Positions 10,969 to 25,900 of a stretch of DNA of 64,000 nt are shown piece after piece. The translations under genes were made by a program, and so were the position numbers. The stretch covers positions 7,006,001 through 7,070,000 of the forward strand of contig CM035360.1 in the NCBI GenBank assembly GCA_020137815.1, in the 5' to 3' direction. Source of the DNA: Hormiphora californensis. Lineage: Eukaryota; Animalia; Ctenophora. The notes beneath the pieces are model-generated. The model saw nothing but the letters and a program-made list of their open reading frames with translations, was not told where the DNA came from and did no database searches. Position 1 is the first letter of the stretch, and each line of letters starts with the position of its first letter.

Positions 10969-13900
10969 TTTCTCAATTTCCAATTCTCTTACATCACCCT
11001 CCTTGTCTCACTAACTCTCCTTGTCTCACTAACTCTCCCCTCTCTATCAGATTGTTACCGACTATACCGACGAGACACTTTACAACAAGATCACTTACAG
11101 CACCGCCAACACCCCAACCATTACCAACATCAATCCAGACAATGCCGGTACTGGCGGTGGAAAATCTGTAAGTGGTTAAATCTGCACGGAAACGTGCTCT
11201 CAGTTGGTTAGCTATTGTAGTAGAGTATGTTTGATCATGGTAACAGAACTAGTGGTAACCATGGTAACACAACTAGTGGTAACCATGGTAACACAACTAG
11301 TGGTAACCATGGTAACACATGCCTTGTTTTTCAGATCACCATAACAGGAACAGGATTCAGCAGTGAGAAGACAGATGTGGCTGTCAAATTTGATTCAGTT
11401 ACCTGCGTTGTTCAGTCTTCAACCACCACACAGGTATGCTTACTTACTTACCTCTCAGTCTCTATTGTGTTGTCTTCTTTCCTCACTTCTTTCACCCATA
11501 CTTCATCTCTGTCTTTCCACTTAACAATCCAGACTCGCGTCCACCCGCACCGCCAGTTGAAAAGGACGAGAAATTTAGTTCCCCTGAACAGTAACAACAA
11601 CTCTCCCCTTCAGATTGTTTGTGAGACGGGAGCCAAGGCTGACTTATCCAACAAGGATGGAGTTGAGGTTAGGATTAACGAGGGTCTGGTTGACAACCCT
11701 GATAATCACACCATGACCTACATGGACAAGTGGAGTTCCATCTACACCTGGGGTGGCAGTGAGGAAAACAAACCGGTGGCGGGTGATCTCGCTGTGCTTA
11801 CCGAGGGTACGTAGTGACGTTGTGTGGTTATGATCCCCCCACCCGATCTTTAGAAATAATTTACTTCCCTGACTATCTTGAACCCCAAAAGTACCCCGAG
11901 ATTTAATCCTCACCATATCCCCCTACAGGTCAGATAGTGTACCTAGATGAGGACACTCCCCTACTGAAGGCCCTCCTGTTGAGGGGTGGTCACCTTATAT
12001 TTGATGATAACCAGGATGTCATGTTGAAGGCAGAGTACATTCTAATCCTAGGAGGGGGATCAATCACGGTTAGTAGAGGGAATCTGTCGAGCATCATATA
12101 TATGTGGGACCCTTTCGGCCCTAGTCTTACTTCTGGTCGTGACGTTCTGGACGGGTGGTTCTGACAGTAACAGCATCATCAGATGTTCATTCTCTCCCCC
12201 TGCTAGATCGGTTCAGAGGAAGTTCCATTTGAGCACGAGGCAGTCATTGAGATGTACGGTAACCAACAATCTACTGAACTACCAATGTATGGAGCCAAGA
12301 CCCTTGCTGTTCGAAACGGTACGTGATAAGAAACAGCCATCTAGTTTTGCTTTTTTAGAACGGTTCACTTTATCTAAACATCGCCACCTGGGCGGTAGAG
12401 ACAGATGTTCACATCTTGTCCCCCGACAAATAACCAAGTTTCTCATCTCCCAATCACCAAGTATCTCTACTCCAATCACCAAGTATCTCTCCCAATCACC
12501 AAGTCTCTCTCCTCCAACTACAGGTACAGTTGAGATGCACGGCAAGGAGGTGACACCAAGATGGACAGAGCTGGGAGACACGGCCAATGCTGGGGATACA
12601 CAGATCACTGTGGATGGGGAAACCAACTGGAAGGTATTATAAACGGTCGCTTGCTTGTACCGAACTGCACCACTCTGTTCCCACTTTTCTAAACTTCTAA
12701 CTCCCCCTATCCAGCTCCTTACCGATCTTACCACCCCCATTCTCTTCAGGTGAATGACCAAATAGCCATCTCTTCCTCTTCGTTCTCTCCTGAAGAGAAC
12801 GAGGACTTCTACATTACCGCCATTAGTTACAACAGTGGGACTAACAAGACTTCAATCACCCTACACACAGCCCTGCAGTACAAACATATCAGTCTCACCC
12901 AGACTATTCGGGGCCATACTATCCGAACTGCTGCAAAGGTGAGAGGGAGTAAGGGGACCTGTTGTATGATTTGCTGGACTATTGGAATCACAACTTTTCA
13001 GGAATCATAGCTTCCTGGAAGCTCTCCAAACTCCCAAACAACACCCACCCATTTCTAATTTTCTCCCCTATTCCCCAGATTGGTCACCTGACCCGTAATG
13101 TCAAGATGAGGGGTAATGTGAATACTGACCATCTAGAGGCTGTTGATGCATGTCCCCAAACATGGGATCCCGATCAGTTTGCAACACAGACATGTTTCCA
13201 GGGCCGATATGGTAGGTTGTCTGTTCAGGGAATTGCTGTTTTGGAAGACTGTCTAGATTCCCTTCAAACAAATTATTCATGCTTCCCCAGTTCCCCTGTT
13301 TCTGGCTGATGTATCTGATAAATCCCATTCCCTTCCCAACTCTAAGATTGATCCCCACTCTCTCTCCAGGTGATACACTTGACAGTGACGAATTTGGTTC
13401 CCAGATCATGTTCCACGCTGCTGCCATGCACACCAGGGAGGTCCATGGAAGGTTGGAGAATGTGGAGTTTAGTTGGGCAGGCCAGGCCTTCAGGTTGGGT
13501 CGGTACCCCATTCATTTCCATATGAACGGAGATGTCAGCGGGAGTTATGTCAAGTGAGTGTTATCAAGCCTTCTTGAGTTGACACCACTATTTCAAACTT
13601 TCAACACTAAAATTGATTTGAATTAGCTTCCCTCAGTTTTTTATCACCAAACTTCTCTACTATCCCCTGCTCACCTCTATCCCCTGCTCACCTCTCTCCC
13701 AACTATTACAGGGGCTGTGCGGTGCATCACACCTTTAACCGGGCTGTAACAGTGCACGGTGTGGACAACCTACTGGTCCAGGGTAACGTGGCCTACCATA
13801 ACATGGGACATGCCTTCTTCTTAGAGGATGGAGGAGAGGAACACAATATATTCGATGGGAATTTGGCTATCTTCACCATGAGTAGTTCCTCTCTACTGAA

Positions 13901-16900
13901 TGTAGATGTCACACCTGGTAGGTGGTTATAATAACCATAAGTCATAGCCATAGTAACCACTGGTTATAATGCAGTAGCTGTATTATAAAAAGGGGGTGCG
14001 GTTGTTTGTAGCTGTGTAGTGTTAGGAAATAGGAATTAGGATCTTGACTTCGGGAATCAAGCACGAGAGACATGTAATGGGTTGCAAATGAAGTTGAGCC
14101 ACCTAATTATCTTCACCTCCTTCCCAAATATAACCACCCTCCTATCACAGCATCATTCTGGATTGTGAACCCCCAAAATACCTTCACTAACAACGTGGCT
14201 GCTGGATCCACCCACTTTGGGTTTTGGTTTAACATGCCCCAGAACCCTGGTGGCCCATCTGCCACTACCACGGTGTGTCCCAGGAATAAGGGTCTGGAAC
14301 TGTTCAAGGGCAACGAGGCTCACTCCTGTGGACGATACGGTGAGAAGATAGTCGATTAGGGATTCACAGTTTAGTTCAGAGTCTAGAATCTATCGTTTTC
14401 GCACCTCACTTGTTTTTTGATAAAGTTACGGATAAAGATAGGATAGGAAAACCATATACATCACCTGCAGGTATCTGGGTGTGGGAGTTCTGGCACCCTA
14501 AGGGAGATGGAAGCTGCGGTGCTACCGGTATCAACATGACCACTATGTACGATTTCCATGGGTGGCACAACCTCAGGGGTGTCGAGGTCGAGGATGGTAA
14601 GTTACCATAGCAACAACAAAACTGATATAGCTAGTCATCATATTGACACATCTTCTCTCCCTTCTTATCCCCTTCTGATTCCCCTTCTGATTCCCCTTCT
14701 GATTCCCCTTCCTAATCCCTTCCTAAACCCTTCCTAATCCCTTTTTATCCCCTTCCTAATCCCTTCCTAACCCCCTCTTCTTATCCCCCTCTTCTTATCC
14801 CCCTCCAGGTAGTGGTATCAACATGGACGGGTTCCTTCTTCACGACAACTTCATCTCCAACATGGAGGTTCACAAGTGTCTGGAAGGTAGCTTTGAGAAT
14901 GGAAACACCAGGGTGAGTCCTTCTTTTATCCTCTTAACAATTCTCAAAATGTAGGCTAGACAGTAGACAGTAGACAAGATAAAATGATGAATAATTATGA
15001 ACAGCACCCAGCTAACCTTCCCTCTCCCTACATAGATGTCCAACTCTGTTCTGTTTTCCAAGACGGCCTCCTCTGACGGCCTCTCTCTGGGGTACTCTGG
15101 TGCCTTCTCGTGTAGTATGGGGGTTGGAGTTCCCTCAAGGGGATCCTTTACTGTTGATAACGCAGAGTTCCATGACTTCACCTCCTGCCCCGTGTTTGAG
15201 GGTTGTGTCGGGTGTAGGATATTCAACTCTAAACTAGGAGGTAAGCAGATCTGCACATGGGTCAGTGCAGGACACCCTGTACAATATGTCACTGGATGTG
15301 TGCATTTCAAGATAAATTATACTCCTCCATAACTCAATAATCTCTCCTTACTCCCCTTATTACTCAACAACTTCATCCTAGGTTTCCTGATCCACACTAA
15401 CAACTTTTCAGGTTTCCCCAGTCAATACAAGGGTATCCAATACTTTAACAGTCCAGTAAAGGCCAGTTTTGGGGCCAAGTTTGAGGCCATTATGGAGGAT
15501 CTGGATGGTACCCTGACTGGCAATGTCGGTGGGGTGGCTACACCTAACAACAACCTCCTGGACAAGTCTAGTTGTACTGTACAGGCTGAGTGGTCTGATG
15601 GAGTGGAGACTGCAACGTGTGATAGTAATGTTAGTAGATACATATCTGTATCTCTCTTGTTTTTATATCTCGTACTCCCTCTCAAGTCCTTGACTTAGAT
15701 CTAATAACCCCATACCCTATATTCAACTAACAACCCCCTACTCTAGACCCTATAACCAACTAATAACCCCCTACCCCCTAACCAACTAATAACCCCCTAC
15801 CCCAGACCAAAATGATGCGAATCAGTTGGAACAAGCCCAGCAAGCAGAGTCTCATGTTCAAGGATGTGGATCTGACTAACGAACACGGCACTGAAATAGT
15901 GCCGTGGTTCTTTAAGAGGTTGACCCACAAACAGGGGTGGATGGCTACCGTGCCTACCGGAGGTTAGTTATTAAATGGGGATAAACAATAATGGGACTAC
16001 ACAGTTTTAGTGAAATCAGGACTTGTCAGCCGTCAATGTTGGTTTCTCTTAGAATATCAATCTTGCTCCAAACACCCTCTCAATACTTGAATTGTTAGCC
16101 CCGTTTTGAACTAAATACAGTCTGCACACTCATGCCCCCCCCCTTCTCCCAGGATCAATTGAGATGAAATATGTTAACCACGATACGTTCACCAACGCTT
16201 CCTACGCCATGTCTGCATACTTCCCTACTGAGGGAGATCATTTGATCATCAAACAAGTCCTACTCAGTGTAAGTATCACATGACCTCTTTCTTATGACGT
16301 CACACATGACGTCACATTATTGTTATCCCGACCTCTTCAAAACATACTTGCTACAGATGACATTACCCTACTCCCTTTCTCCCAGGAACCTGACTTCATT
16401 ACTGTTGGTGGTGCCTCTAACAAGAAGGAGGGAGATATAGTTGGGGCAACTGATGACGCAGGAACCTTCACCTGGAATAACGATACCAAGACACTCTCAT
16501 ATCTCATCACAGGTATGCTGCATGCATGTAGAAAACAGTCCAAAAATCTCACGGTTGTATTCTTGTAGAATTCTTATACTGGGTGTTCATTTTGGATCTT
16601 TACAAGCGTTGGCCTTCACCCAGAAAAAATTTGACAAGATCAGGTCATGAAACTTTATACTTGGACCATTCTATACCCTCATTCAAGGTTCCTGGGGGTT
16701 TTGGAGCTCTAGCACCCCGGGAAGTGTGTTTTTGGCATCAAAACTACCAGAAGGAATTTTTTGCTGGTGCTGAGACTTTGCTAAAATTTTCTATGTCAAT
16801 CCTAAAGTTTCATAGAGATTGGATGTGTTTTTCGGACTCAAAATTTCGATAAAAGTGGCTGGAAAGGCTCGAAAACAGCTCAAAAACGGCTAAAATTGAG

Positions 16901-19900
16901 TCTTTCCAGCCACTTTTTACGAAGTTTTGATTCTGAAAAACACATCCAATCTCTATGAAACTTTAGGATTGACATAGAAAATACCCAAAAAAACATTTTA
17001 GCAAAGTCTCAGCACCAGCAAAAAATTCCTTCTGGTAGTTTTGATGCCAAAAACACACTTCCCAGGGTCCTAAAGCTCCAAAACCCCCAGGAACCTTGAA
17101 TGAGGGTATAGAATAGTCCAAGTATGAAGTTTCATGACTTAATCTTGTCAACTTTTTTCTGGGTGAAGCCCAACGCTTGTAAAGATCCAAAATGAACACC
17201 CTGTATCATGGTAACATTATCAGATATATCTCAAACATGCCCCCCCCCCCCCCCAGGAAAGGGTCGAGATGAGAGTCTGGAGATGCCCATGGATCTTAAG
17301 GTGTACCGATGTTACTACAAGGATTGTATCAACCCCAACCCACAACCCCTTCCTTCCAATCCTACCATTCTGCAAAAACCCGATAATGTGAGTGCTCCTT
17401 CATAAACCCAGCATTCTCGCTCCTTGCTCCTTCATAAACACAAATATTGTCCTTTTCTTGCTCCTGACACTCCTTCATGAACATAAGCATATATTCTCTC
17501 CTTGCTCCTTTATCAATATTTCTTCTCTCCAGCCCAAGAAGTGGTCACTCTCCTCTGACTGGAAGGGGACTGAGGAGGGATGGGGTGGTCACGGTGGCTA
17601 CCTACCCAAGGCAGGGGAGGATGTACAGATCCCCAATAACTGGTGGATGATTTATGATACTTCCATGGAAGGCCTTGGAAATGTAAGAATTTCATTTGAC
17701 AGATATGTTTCCATGTTTTATCCCGGTGCTAACTGCTATGATTCTTTAGTGAATCAATCCAATATCTCCGATCATAAACTCCCTGCCATACTAACCCACC
17801 CACTCCTTCATTAGATCTGGGTTTACGGTGTACTGGAGTTTTCTAACGAAGAAGACACTCTCCTGGCTGCCAAACGGATCATAGTGGTTGGAGGGAAGAT
17901 AGTTTGTGGATGGAAGGATGATCCTCTGAAGGTCAAGGCAACTATTAGACTGACCGGAGATCCGCTGGCTGATGAAGAAATGATGTTACCTGATAACACT
18001 ATCATCGGGTTCAAGGTAACTGAGACATGATAATAGCAGACCTGCCATGGGCCTGAACCTCCTATTCTAGAACCTAGCACGGTCTCAATGTGAGATAAAA
18101 TGATTCTAGCGATCACTGCTAGTTGAATGTTTGCTAATAGTCCCTCTCTTCAGTCGCTCACAGTTGCTGGGTTTGTTGAGATGCACTCTGAGCACCCCTG
18201 ACACTGTGTGGAGTACCCTAACAGAGAAGGCATCCAAGGGTGCCACTACCATTGTCGTAAAGGACAACATTACAGGATCAGTGGCAGGTAAGTGTACTGG
18301 GATCATTACTGGGTTGTTGCTTATCCTGATAACTGAGTACTTCTTATATATCCGTATGTTTTTAAAAACTTGAAAAAGTTGCTTTTTCTCTAAATAATAA
18401 CTTAATTCTTCTTCAGGTTGGTGATGAGATTGCCATAGCGACAACATCTTTCATTCCCTCTGAAGCAGAGAAGAAGACTATTACTGCAGTAGCAGGACAT
18501 ACTATCACTCTCGACAGTGCACTGGAACATGACCATGATTTCTTCGAGGAGGAGGTATGAGTAGAACCTTCATTTATTGAGGGGTGGGACGTGGGTAGAG
18601 TAGAACCTTCATTTATTGAGGGGCGGGTAGAGTAGAACCTTCATTTATTGAGGGGTGGGTAGAGTAGAACCTTCATTTATTGAGGGGCGGTGTTTTTAGA
18701 GATAGATGGGAAATAATGGCCAAGCATGACATGTAACCCTCCTGATCCGACCCTACCAGGTGAACGGGATGATGTATACTAGGACTGCAGAAGTTGGCCT
18801 CCTAACCAGACTTATTACTATTGAGGGAGACACCACAGATGCAGGTACATCCCTTTCTTTTTCCATCTCTTTCTCTCTGATCCGACCAGATGTAATGTAG
18901 AGTATACTGTTGGCCGGATCATTTCCCCCCAGCCCACCCCTTGAGTACTGTTATACTTTTATCACCTTTATACCCAATCTACAAAACCACCTGAAATGGA
19001 CACAGTGTCAGACGACTAAACTGACTTGCCTAGCTAGACTGTGTTTCGCACGCCCCGAAACACAAATGTAAAGGGAGGGTTAGATAACAATAAACTGACA
19101 CCCGTTCCCAGGACACGCTAAGGAGATTGGAGCACGAGTTTACTTCAGTGACTACAGCCAGGTAGTGGATGGGAAGCTCCAGGAGTATATCCCTGTTGCA
19201 CAGATCGCTGGGGTGAGATTCAGGAACACTGGACAGAAGAACTACCGAGACTTCTTCGATCCAAGGTGAGCTATATTGGGGTGAGGGGATCCTAGGTGAA
19301 GTATATAATGTTATGGACAAGCGGCCCCCCCCCCCCCCCCCGGACAAGCGGGGATACCCATTTTACCGAGATTGGATAGGGTACAAACCTATAATCCCGG
19401 TATGATATATGAGATTCTAATTTCTAAAGTATATCATTCACTATCTTCCTGTCTTGCAGGTACACACTAGCCCTTGAGAATGTGAGTCCAACTGATACCA
19501 GCTACGTCAAGTCGTGCTCTATTGATACTGGGTATAACCACGGTATTGGGGTGCTGGGGAGTCACAATGTTGATGTTGCAGACAATGTCATCTATCATAA
19601 CATGGGATCTGGAATCATTACCAACAGTGACAACGTGAGTTGTTGTTGAACACACGTCTTGTGAACTTGAATTATGCAGTTATTGATTATTGTCACAGAG
19701 CACACGACACAATTTTGGACATTTTTGTTATAACTTTGCGGATTTACTAACCGTCTCCTCTCTCTTCTAGACACGTATTACTGACAATGTTGGTATCTAC
19801 ATGTTGCACTATGGGAACTATGAGGACCCCCCTGAGAAGGATAACTACTACGTTGATGGGTGTATTGATTCCTATAGAACACCAAATGCAGTCCTTATCG

Positions 19901-22900
19901 TGAGTTGTTCAACATTTCCCAGTTCACAATATCAACTAGCTTGTTTTCAGTCAACTTCTGCCACTTGACCTTACTTGACAATGTCCCACATGTTCTACCA
20001 TGTAATGTTTACATGGCATCACAAAATGTGACCATACAACTAGTTAACAGCTCTCTCAATTTAACAGGGAAACAGGTGTGGTGGGGGAGAGAAGGGATGT
20101 TTCGTCACTCAGGGAGAATCCAAGACGTCTAACGTGTGGAAAGATAACGTAGCCCATAGTTGTCTCTGGGGATTCTTTATTCGAGAGTAAGTTAATGAAT
20201 TGCCTTGCTCCACCAGCTGTTTCACCTGTCAGGCCAATGGGGTGGGGCAATGACCACAGTTCTTTGAAAGAAATGAGAATATGGTCAGGTCAATGCACTG
20301 ACAGTGTTTCACCTCACGACGAAAGGTAAAGAAGGGTTATAACATAACAAATTAATCACCGTAACCTCTTTTCCGAGCTCATATAATATCTTAATAATCT
20401 TAATTTGTGACACAATGGTGTGAGATATCATTCGGGTATTTGAACAAAATGAAAGACACCAACATGATACCAAAACCATATACCTTGTCTTACTAGTTAC
20501 TATGTAGTAGTAATCTCATATAAACCACCCCCCCTGCTGATATTTCCCGCAGTCTACTATGGTATATCAGATAATTCCCTCCCGCTGTTGTCAGTACCCA
20601 TTCACACCTTTCATAATTCCGGGGGTCGGTTTATAACAAATAACCACGGCTAGTAAAGTGATGAAATTTGATAATCCCCTACGGGGATTATCACACGTTC
20701 TTCCTCTCGGTCGCTTCGCTCCCTCGTGGAGAACTAGTGATAACCCCCTCCTGCGTCGGGGGTTATCAAATTTCATCCCTGCACTAGTACTAGCCGGGGT
20801 TATCTATATTATATCGTGTCTTACTCTCTCTCAGGTCATCGAACTCGGAGAGTAAGCTGAATGCCGTGCAAGTATGGCAGAATTACGACTACGGAATTGT
20901 TACCTGGGGTGGATCTTCTCTGAATATCGTTAACAGTGTTATTGCTGATAACGGATTCAGTGTTCTACCTCTCATCTTTGGACCTAACCCTCTAACGTGA
21001 GTGTTGTTACACGTTTATTTACCATGGTTACACGTTCAGTTACCATGGTTACACGTTCAGTTACCATGGTTACACGTTCAGTTACCATGGTTACACGTTT
21101 AGTTACCATGTGGTTACACATCCAGCAACCCTGCATGGTTACACATTATAATAACAAGAATATATGTTCCTATACAGGCACGAGCTGACAGACAAGTATG
21201 TGAAGTATACCGATACCCTGATATACGGAAGGAGACCTGATGGGGCATGTGACGAGAGGGACAACAATAAACCTCCCTCTGCATTCTTAACTGGAATTGG
21301 ACGTTTCGCTCCTACAGGAGGTACAATTACCAATTAATTAGATTCATTACCAATTAATTACCAATTAATTAGATGTTTCATCTTGAATTGTCAAGCGACT
21401 CAAGTTTCATCTAACTAAATTCAAATGTTTACCCTGTTTATATCAACTGACACATGTTTGACACATGTGTTAACCCTGACACACGTTTGTAGCTAACGGA
21501 GGATATCTTGGCATGTACCTGAGTAACTTCTTGGGAGGAAAGACAGGGTGGCCCAAAATGTCCATCCAGGGACCTCACTCCTACACTAGCATCAAGGGGC
21601 TGACTACCATTAGTGGAGTCACATACGCTAGGTAGGGACGACTATTCAGTTGTTGTCTGTTATAAGTGACTACAATCATTTTCAAATAGAGTTTTAAAGT
21701 TCAGAACTAACTTCTTTCCTCCTCTCTAATTCCCCACTCTCTATTTACCCAGGTTTGACCGGTGTAATGACATAGCCATAATGGACCTGAAACTTAACGG
21801 AGACTGCAACCACCCTACCAACATGGAGAAGATAAAGTTTAGCAATGTCAACATGGACTCTGGATTCCTCAAACAGAACAATCCCCAGTAAGTAGCTGAT
21901 TTGTATTGAGATTACCAACCGAGCTTCTCAGAAGAACAGAATCTTCTAAAGATAATACATCTCATTATAAAACTTTCTTGTTTCAAATTGTAAAGAAGAG
22001 GACTTGATTTATTAGTCACCCTAATTCATCTCGTACTCCCACCAGGATTGGTTTTGTTAACTCTGCGGATTGTGTTGACATGCCGTGTGATGCAAAGAAG
22101 AAGACCCTTATAACCGATATGGATGGTAGCGTCCTTGGAAAGGTATGTGTGTTGTAGGAAGATGTCTCATTCATAGGGTTATAAGGGCTAACAACACAAA
22201 ATACATGTGCCTTGTGGACAGATTCTCTGAAGTTTGAACCCCTTCATCTCCCACTTCCCAGCTGATTCACACACTACCCCTCTCAGGCGGGAATGACGCT
22301 AATATCCAAGTCTGAGTTCCAGTGGGGCGGGGAGAAGAAGTGGGGAATGGATAACAGTAGGCTGCCTAACAAGATGACAACCTACCCTAATGGATCCTTT
22401 GTGACCGCTGACGAAGTGTGGCCATATAAGGGAATTGATAGGAATGGAGATGTACGTACCTCATATCTTCTCTACATGTTTTGTTATTATATCACTAGTT
22501 GTTCCTATCCGTTGTTGTTGGGACCGCATCAGCTCCTATTTTCCCTCACTATTATACCGTGTGCGGCAAAAAAAATCCCCCCCTAGACCACCATAGTTGC
22601 CGATGTGGTGGAGAGCTGTAACTTGGCAGGGTTGCTCCACTATGTCTATCTTGATCCTGACAGAAAAATCAGAGCTCTAGCTCAAAATTCATTTTCATGA
22701 ACGGAATGAACATTGTCATTCATTCCAGGAAAAAATATTTTCCAGTTCAAAATTTAACCAATTATGTTTGGCTATCGATTAGCTTTCCAATGTGACCAAG
22801 ATCAGCTAAATTGGACAACCACAAGAGACACAGTGTCATGTTTCTTAAAGTTAGTCAGGTCATGTGATCTTCACTGAATCGTTGATCGTGTTCAGTATTA

Positions 22901-25900
22901 CGAATTGGTCTAAGTGGTAGAGAATCACGTATCACATCTGCTAATGAGGGATGACGATGCTGATTGGTCATCAGATCTGTAGCTCTTTGATAAATGTCCT
23001 CTTTCCTCGAATCACATCACCCTGTATTGGTACACATACCCAATTAGCGGCCATGATACGAGATTCCTTTGCCCATTGGCCCGATTAGCAATCCCGGAAA
23101 CTCAACGATTCGGTGAAGATCACATGACCTGACTAACTTAAAGCAACATGACACTGTGTCTCTTGTGGTTGTCCAATTTAGCTGATCTTGGTCACATTGG
23201 AAAGCAAATCGATAGCCAAACATAATTAGTTAAATTTTGGACCGGAAAATATTTTTTCCTGGAATGAATGACAATGTTCATTCCGTTCATGAAAATGAAT
23301 TTTGAGCTAGAGCTCTGATTTTTCTGTCAGGATCAAGATAGACATAGTGGAGCAACCCTGCCAAGTTACAGCTCTCCACCACATCGGCAACTATGGTGGT
23401 CTAGGGGGGGGATTTTTTTTTGCCGCACACGGTAGCTAAATCCCAATTTCTCACACGAGGGTGAAACTAACACACTTTCAATGTATTGTAGACGGCGTGT
23501 GAGTGGAAGAGTAGCTACAACATGTACCAGTGTGAGAATGCTGTGTACAAAATGCTCGTTCTAGAGAGTCTCGACGGTGACACAGAGGTACGTGCCCATA
23601 TATGGTATTGTTACTGTCACGTGCTACATGCCCATATATGGAGTTATCCCCCCTAACAGGTCAGGAGGTTGTCACCCATTGCGGTTGCTACAGATGATGG
23701 CTCAGTAGATCTCCTCAATGGGCCCATGGATCACGGCTGGTGTGGAGGGTACACGTGTCAACAACGTATCTCTACATTCTACGCCTTGGTGGTCATGAAT
23801 AAGGAGTACAAGATTTATCTGACTAGCACCCAGCCACAATCATTCAGGTAGGATGCAGTTAGATTTAGGGAGTACCTTGTTGGGTAAAGAATAATCCCTC
23901 TCTCAACAAGGAGTACTGGGATTATATGATGATCATCTTCAAATTAGAGATTTCAATGTCAATAGTTGGACGGTCATCGGTGCCTATTACTGCAGATACG
24001 AGGATAACTTTGTATCACCTTTACTCATAACCCCTCATCTTACAGGTACCTTCTGATTGATGCCAAGGCCTCCCAAAAGATCAAGATTAGTGTGTACTAC
24101 ACTAAGAACCAGCGACTGGATCTCTACTACAAGGGCAAATACATCCCACCTACTAACGCTCAGGAGACATCCCCTGGACAATACTCATATGCAACAACTA
24201 AAACTGTGGAGGAGCTCACACCCAGCCTCAGTGACGCTGTGGGAACTAACTTCTTCGATACATCATCTCACTTTATGCAGATTATTATGAATGGGGATGA
24301 TGCATTCACCATCAAGACGTCACCTAAGGTAGGTCCATTCCACCTCTATCCCTGGATCATAGAGACACCATGACACCGGTATCTGTAATATAAAAAACTA
24401 CAAAGGGCGATCAACTATGCCTAATCCAGTATACATTAGTCTTGGTTACGAAATAACCCCTTCGTGCGTGCTGGCAAGGGGTTACTTCGTAACCAAACAT
24501 TAGTCATAGTCCTCCAACATTGATTGAGTTTATCGACCCATTGCCCATGCTCACTGCCCAGCTCAGTAGAGCTCACCCGCCCTCCCCCTATCAGGTGGTC
24601 CTATCTCTAACTGTCGATGTTGTGGGTGATGCTGACTTCTTTGATGAAGACAAGATTATTGACAACCTCGCAGCTCTTCTTGGAATAGATAAAAGCAAAA
24701 TCAAGATCGCCAACATTGTCAAAGAAAGTAAGTTCACTAGATACACATGGTATTGGATGCAAATATTAACCAGTTGTTGGATTGACACTATACTGTCATT
24801 GCATACTAAATCATACTACCTAAATGACGTCATACCGTCTAAATGACGTCACACCGTCTAAATTGCGACCTTCTTGTACAAAACTGGTGACGTAATAGAG
24901 CTTCTTCTGTTTCAGGTCGCAGAAGGAAGCGAGAGGGTATTGATCTTCAGATAGAGATTAGTGAGCAACCTATTGCTGATGAGTCAGAGATGAACGTTAC
25001 CAAGGTAACTACCACTACAACCCCAAACTTATAATAGCCCCGAAATTACACGAGCTCTGTTTGTCACAAAACAAACCCACAATTGTGAACTCTTGCCTTA
25101 TCATAACCCGGCCCAACTTCCCTTGTCTACCAATTACTCCCCACAACCAATTACTCCCTTATCATTACTCCCCACAACTTCAGGTAACTGAGATGGCAGA
25201 GGCCCTCACCAAGGTATCAGAGAAGTTCGTAGAGACTGTGCAGAAGGGAGAACTGGCTAGTGCCCTGGATGTAACAGTAAAGAGTGTTGCTATTGAAATG
25301 CCTACCATACCACCTGTTGATCAACGAAGTAAGTTGTGGAGATACGATTACTGCTGACTCTCTTAGATTTGTGTTCTTCGCTAAATGTCCATGATATTTC
25401 CCCCCGCTAAACCACCTCCCCCCTCCCATTAATCCCCCCCACTAAATCACCCCCCCCCCCCGCACATTAATCCCCCTACTAAACCCCCTCCCCCCGCCCA
25501 TTAATCCCCCCACTAAACCCCCTCCCCCCCCTCAGACGAGACTGTAAACCAGGAGGAAGCTGAGAAGCAGACTGGAGAGCTGTTTTCAGTAAAACAGGAG
25601 AAGGAAGCGGCGGCTGATTTATCAAACCAGGCCTCCATAGCTGTACTCATACCTGACTCTTTCAAACTGATCAGCTCCAATGCGGTGAGAATATTAATCG
25701 CTCATGTCTGTGAGATAGATATTACTTGAATAGGATGATAAAATATAAAATTTAGTGGAGGGACCAATGCAAGGGATCTCTCACAGCCTCCCCCATTTAT
25801 TATTCAAGTATACCTACATCTAACACCATCCAACACCCTCTCAGTCGGTACGAATGTTGAGCAACCTGCAGCTCAAGTCCAAGGTCCTTACCTCGGACAG

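Noticed and set aside
10705-11211. Repetitive ORFs (TDRQ, SVCL; also ERER/LSLS at 36301, 49052, 61326 and FVCL at 53900)
   Set aside because: Translations of microsatellites.
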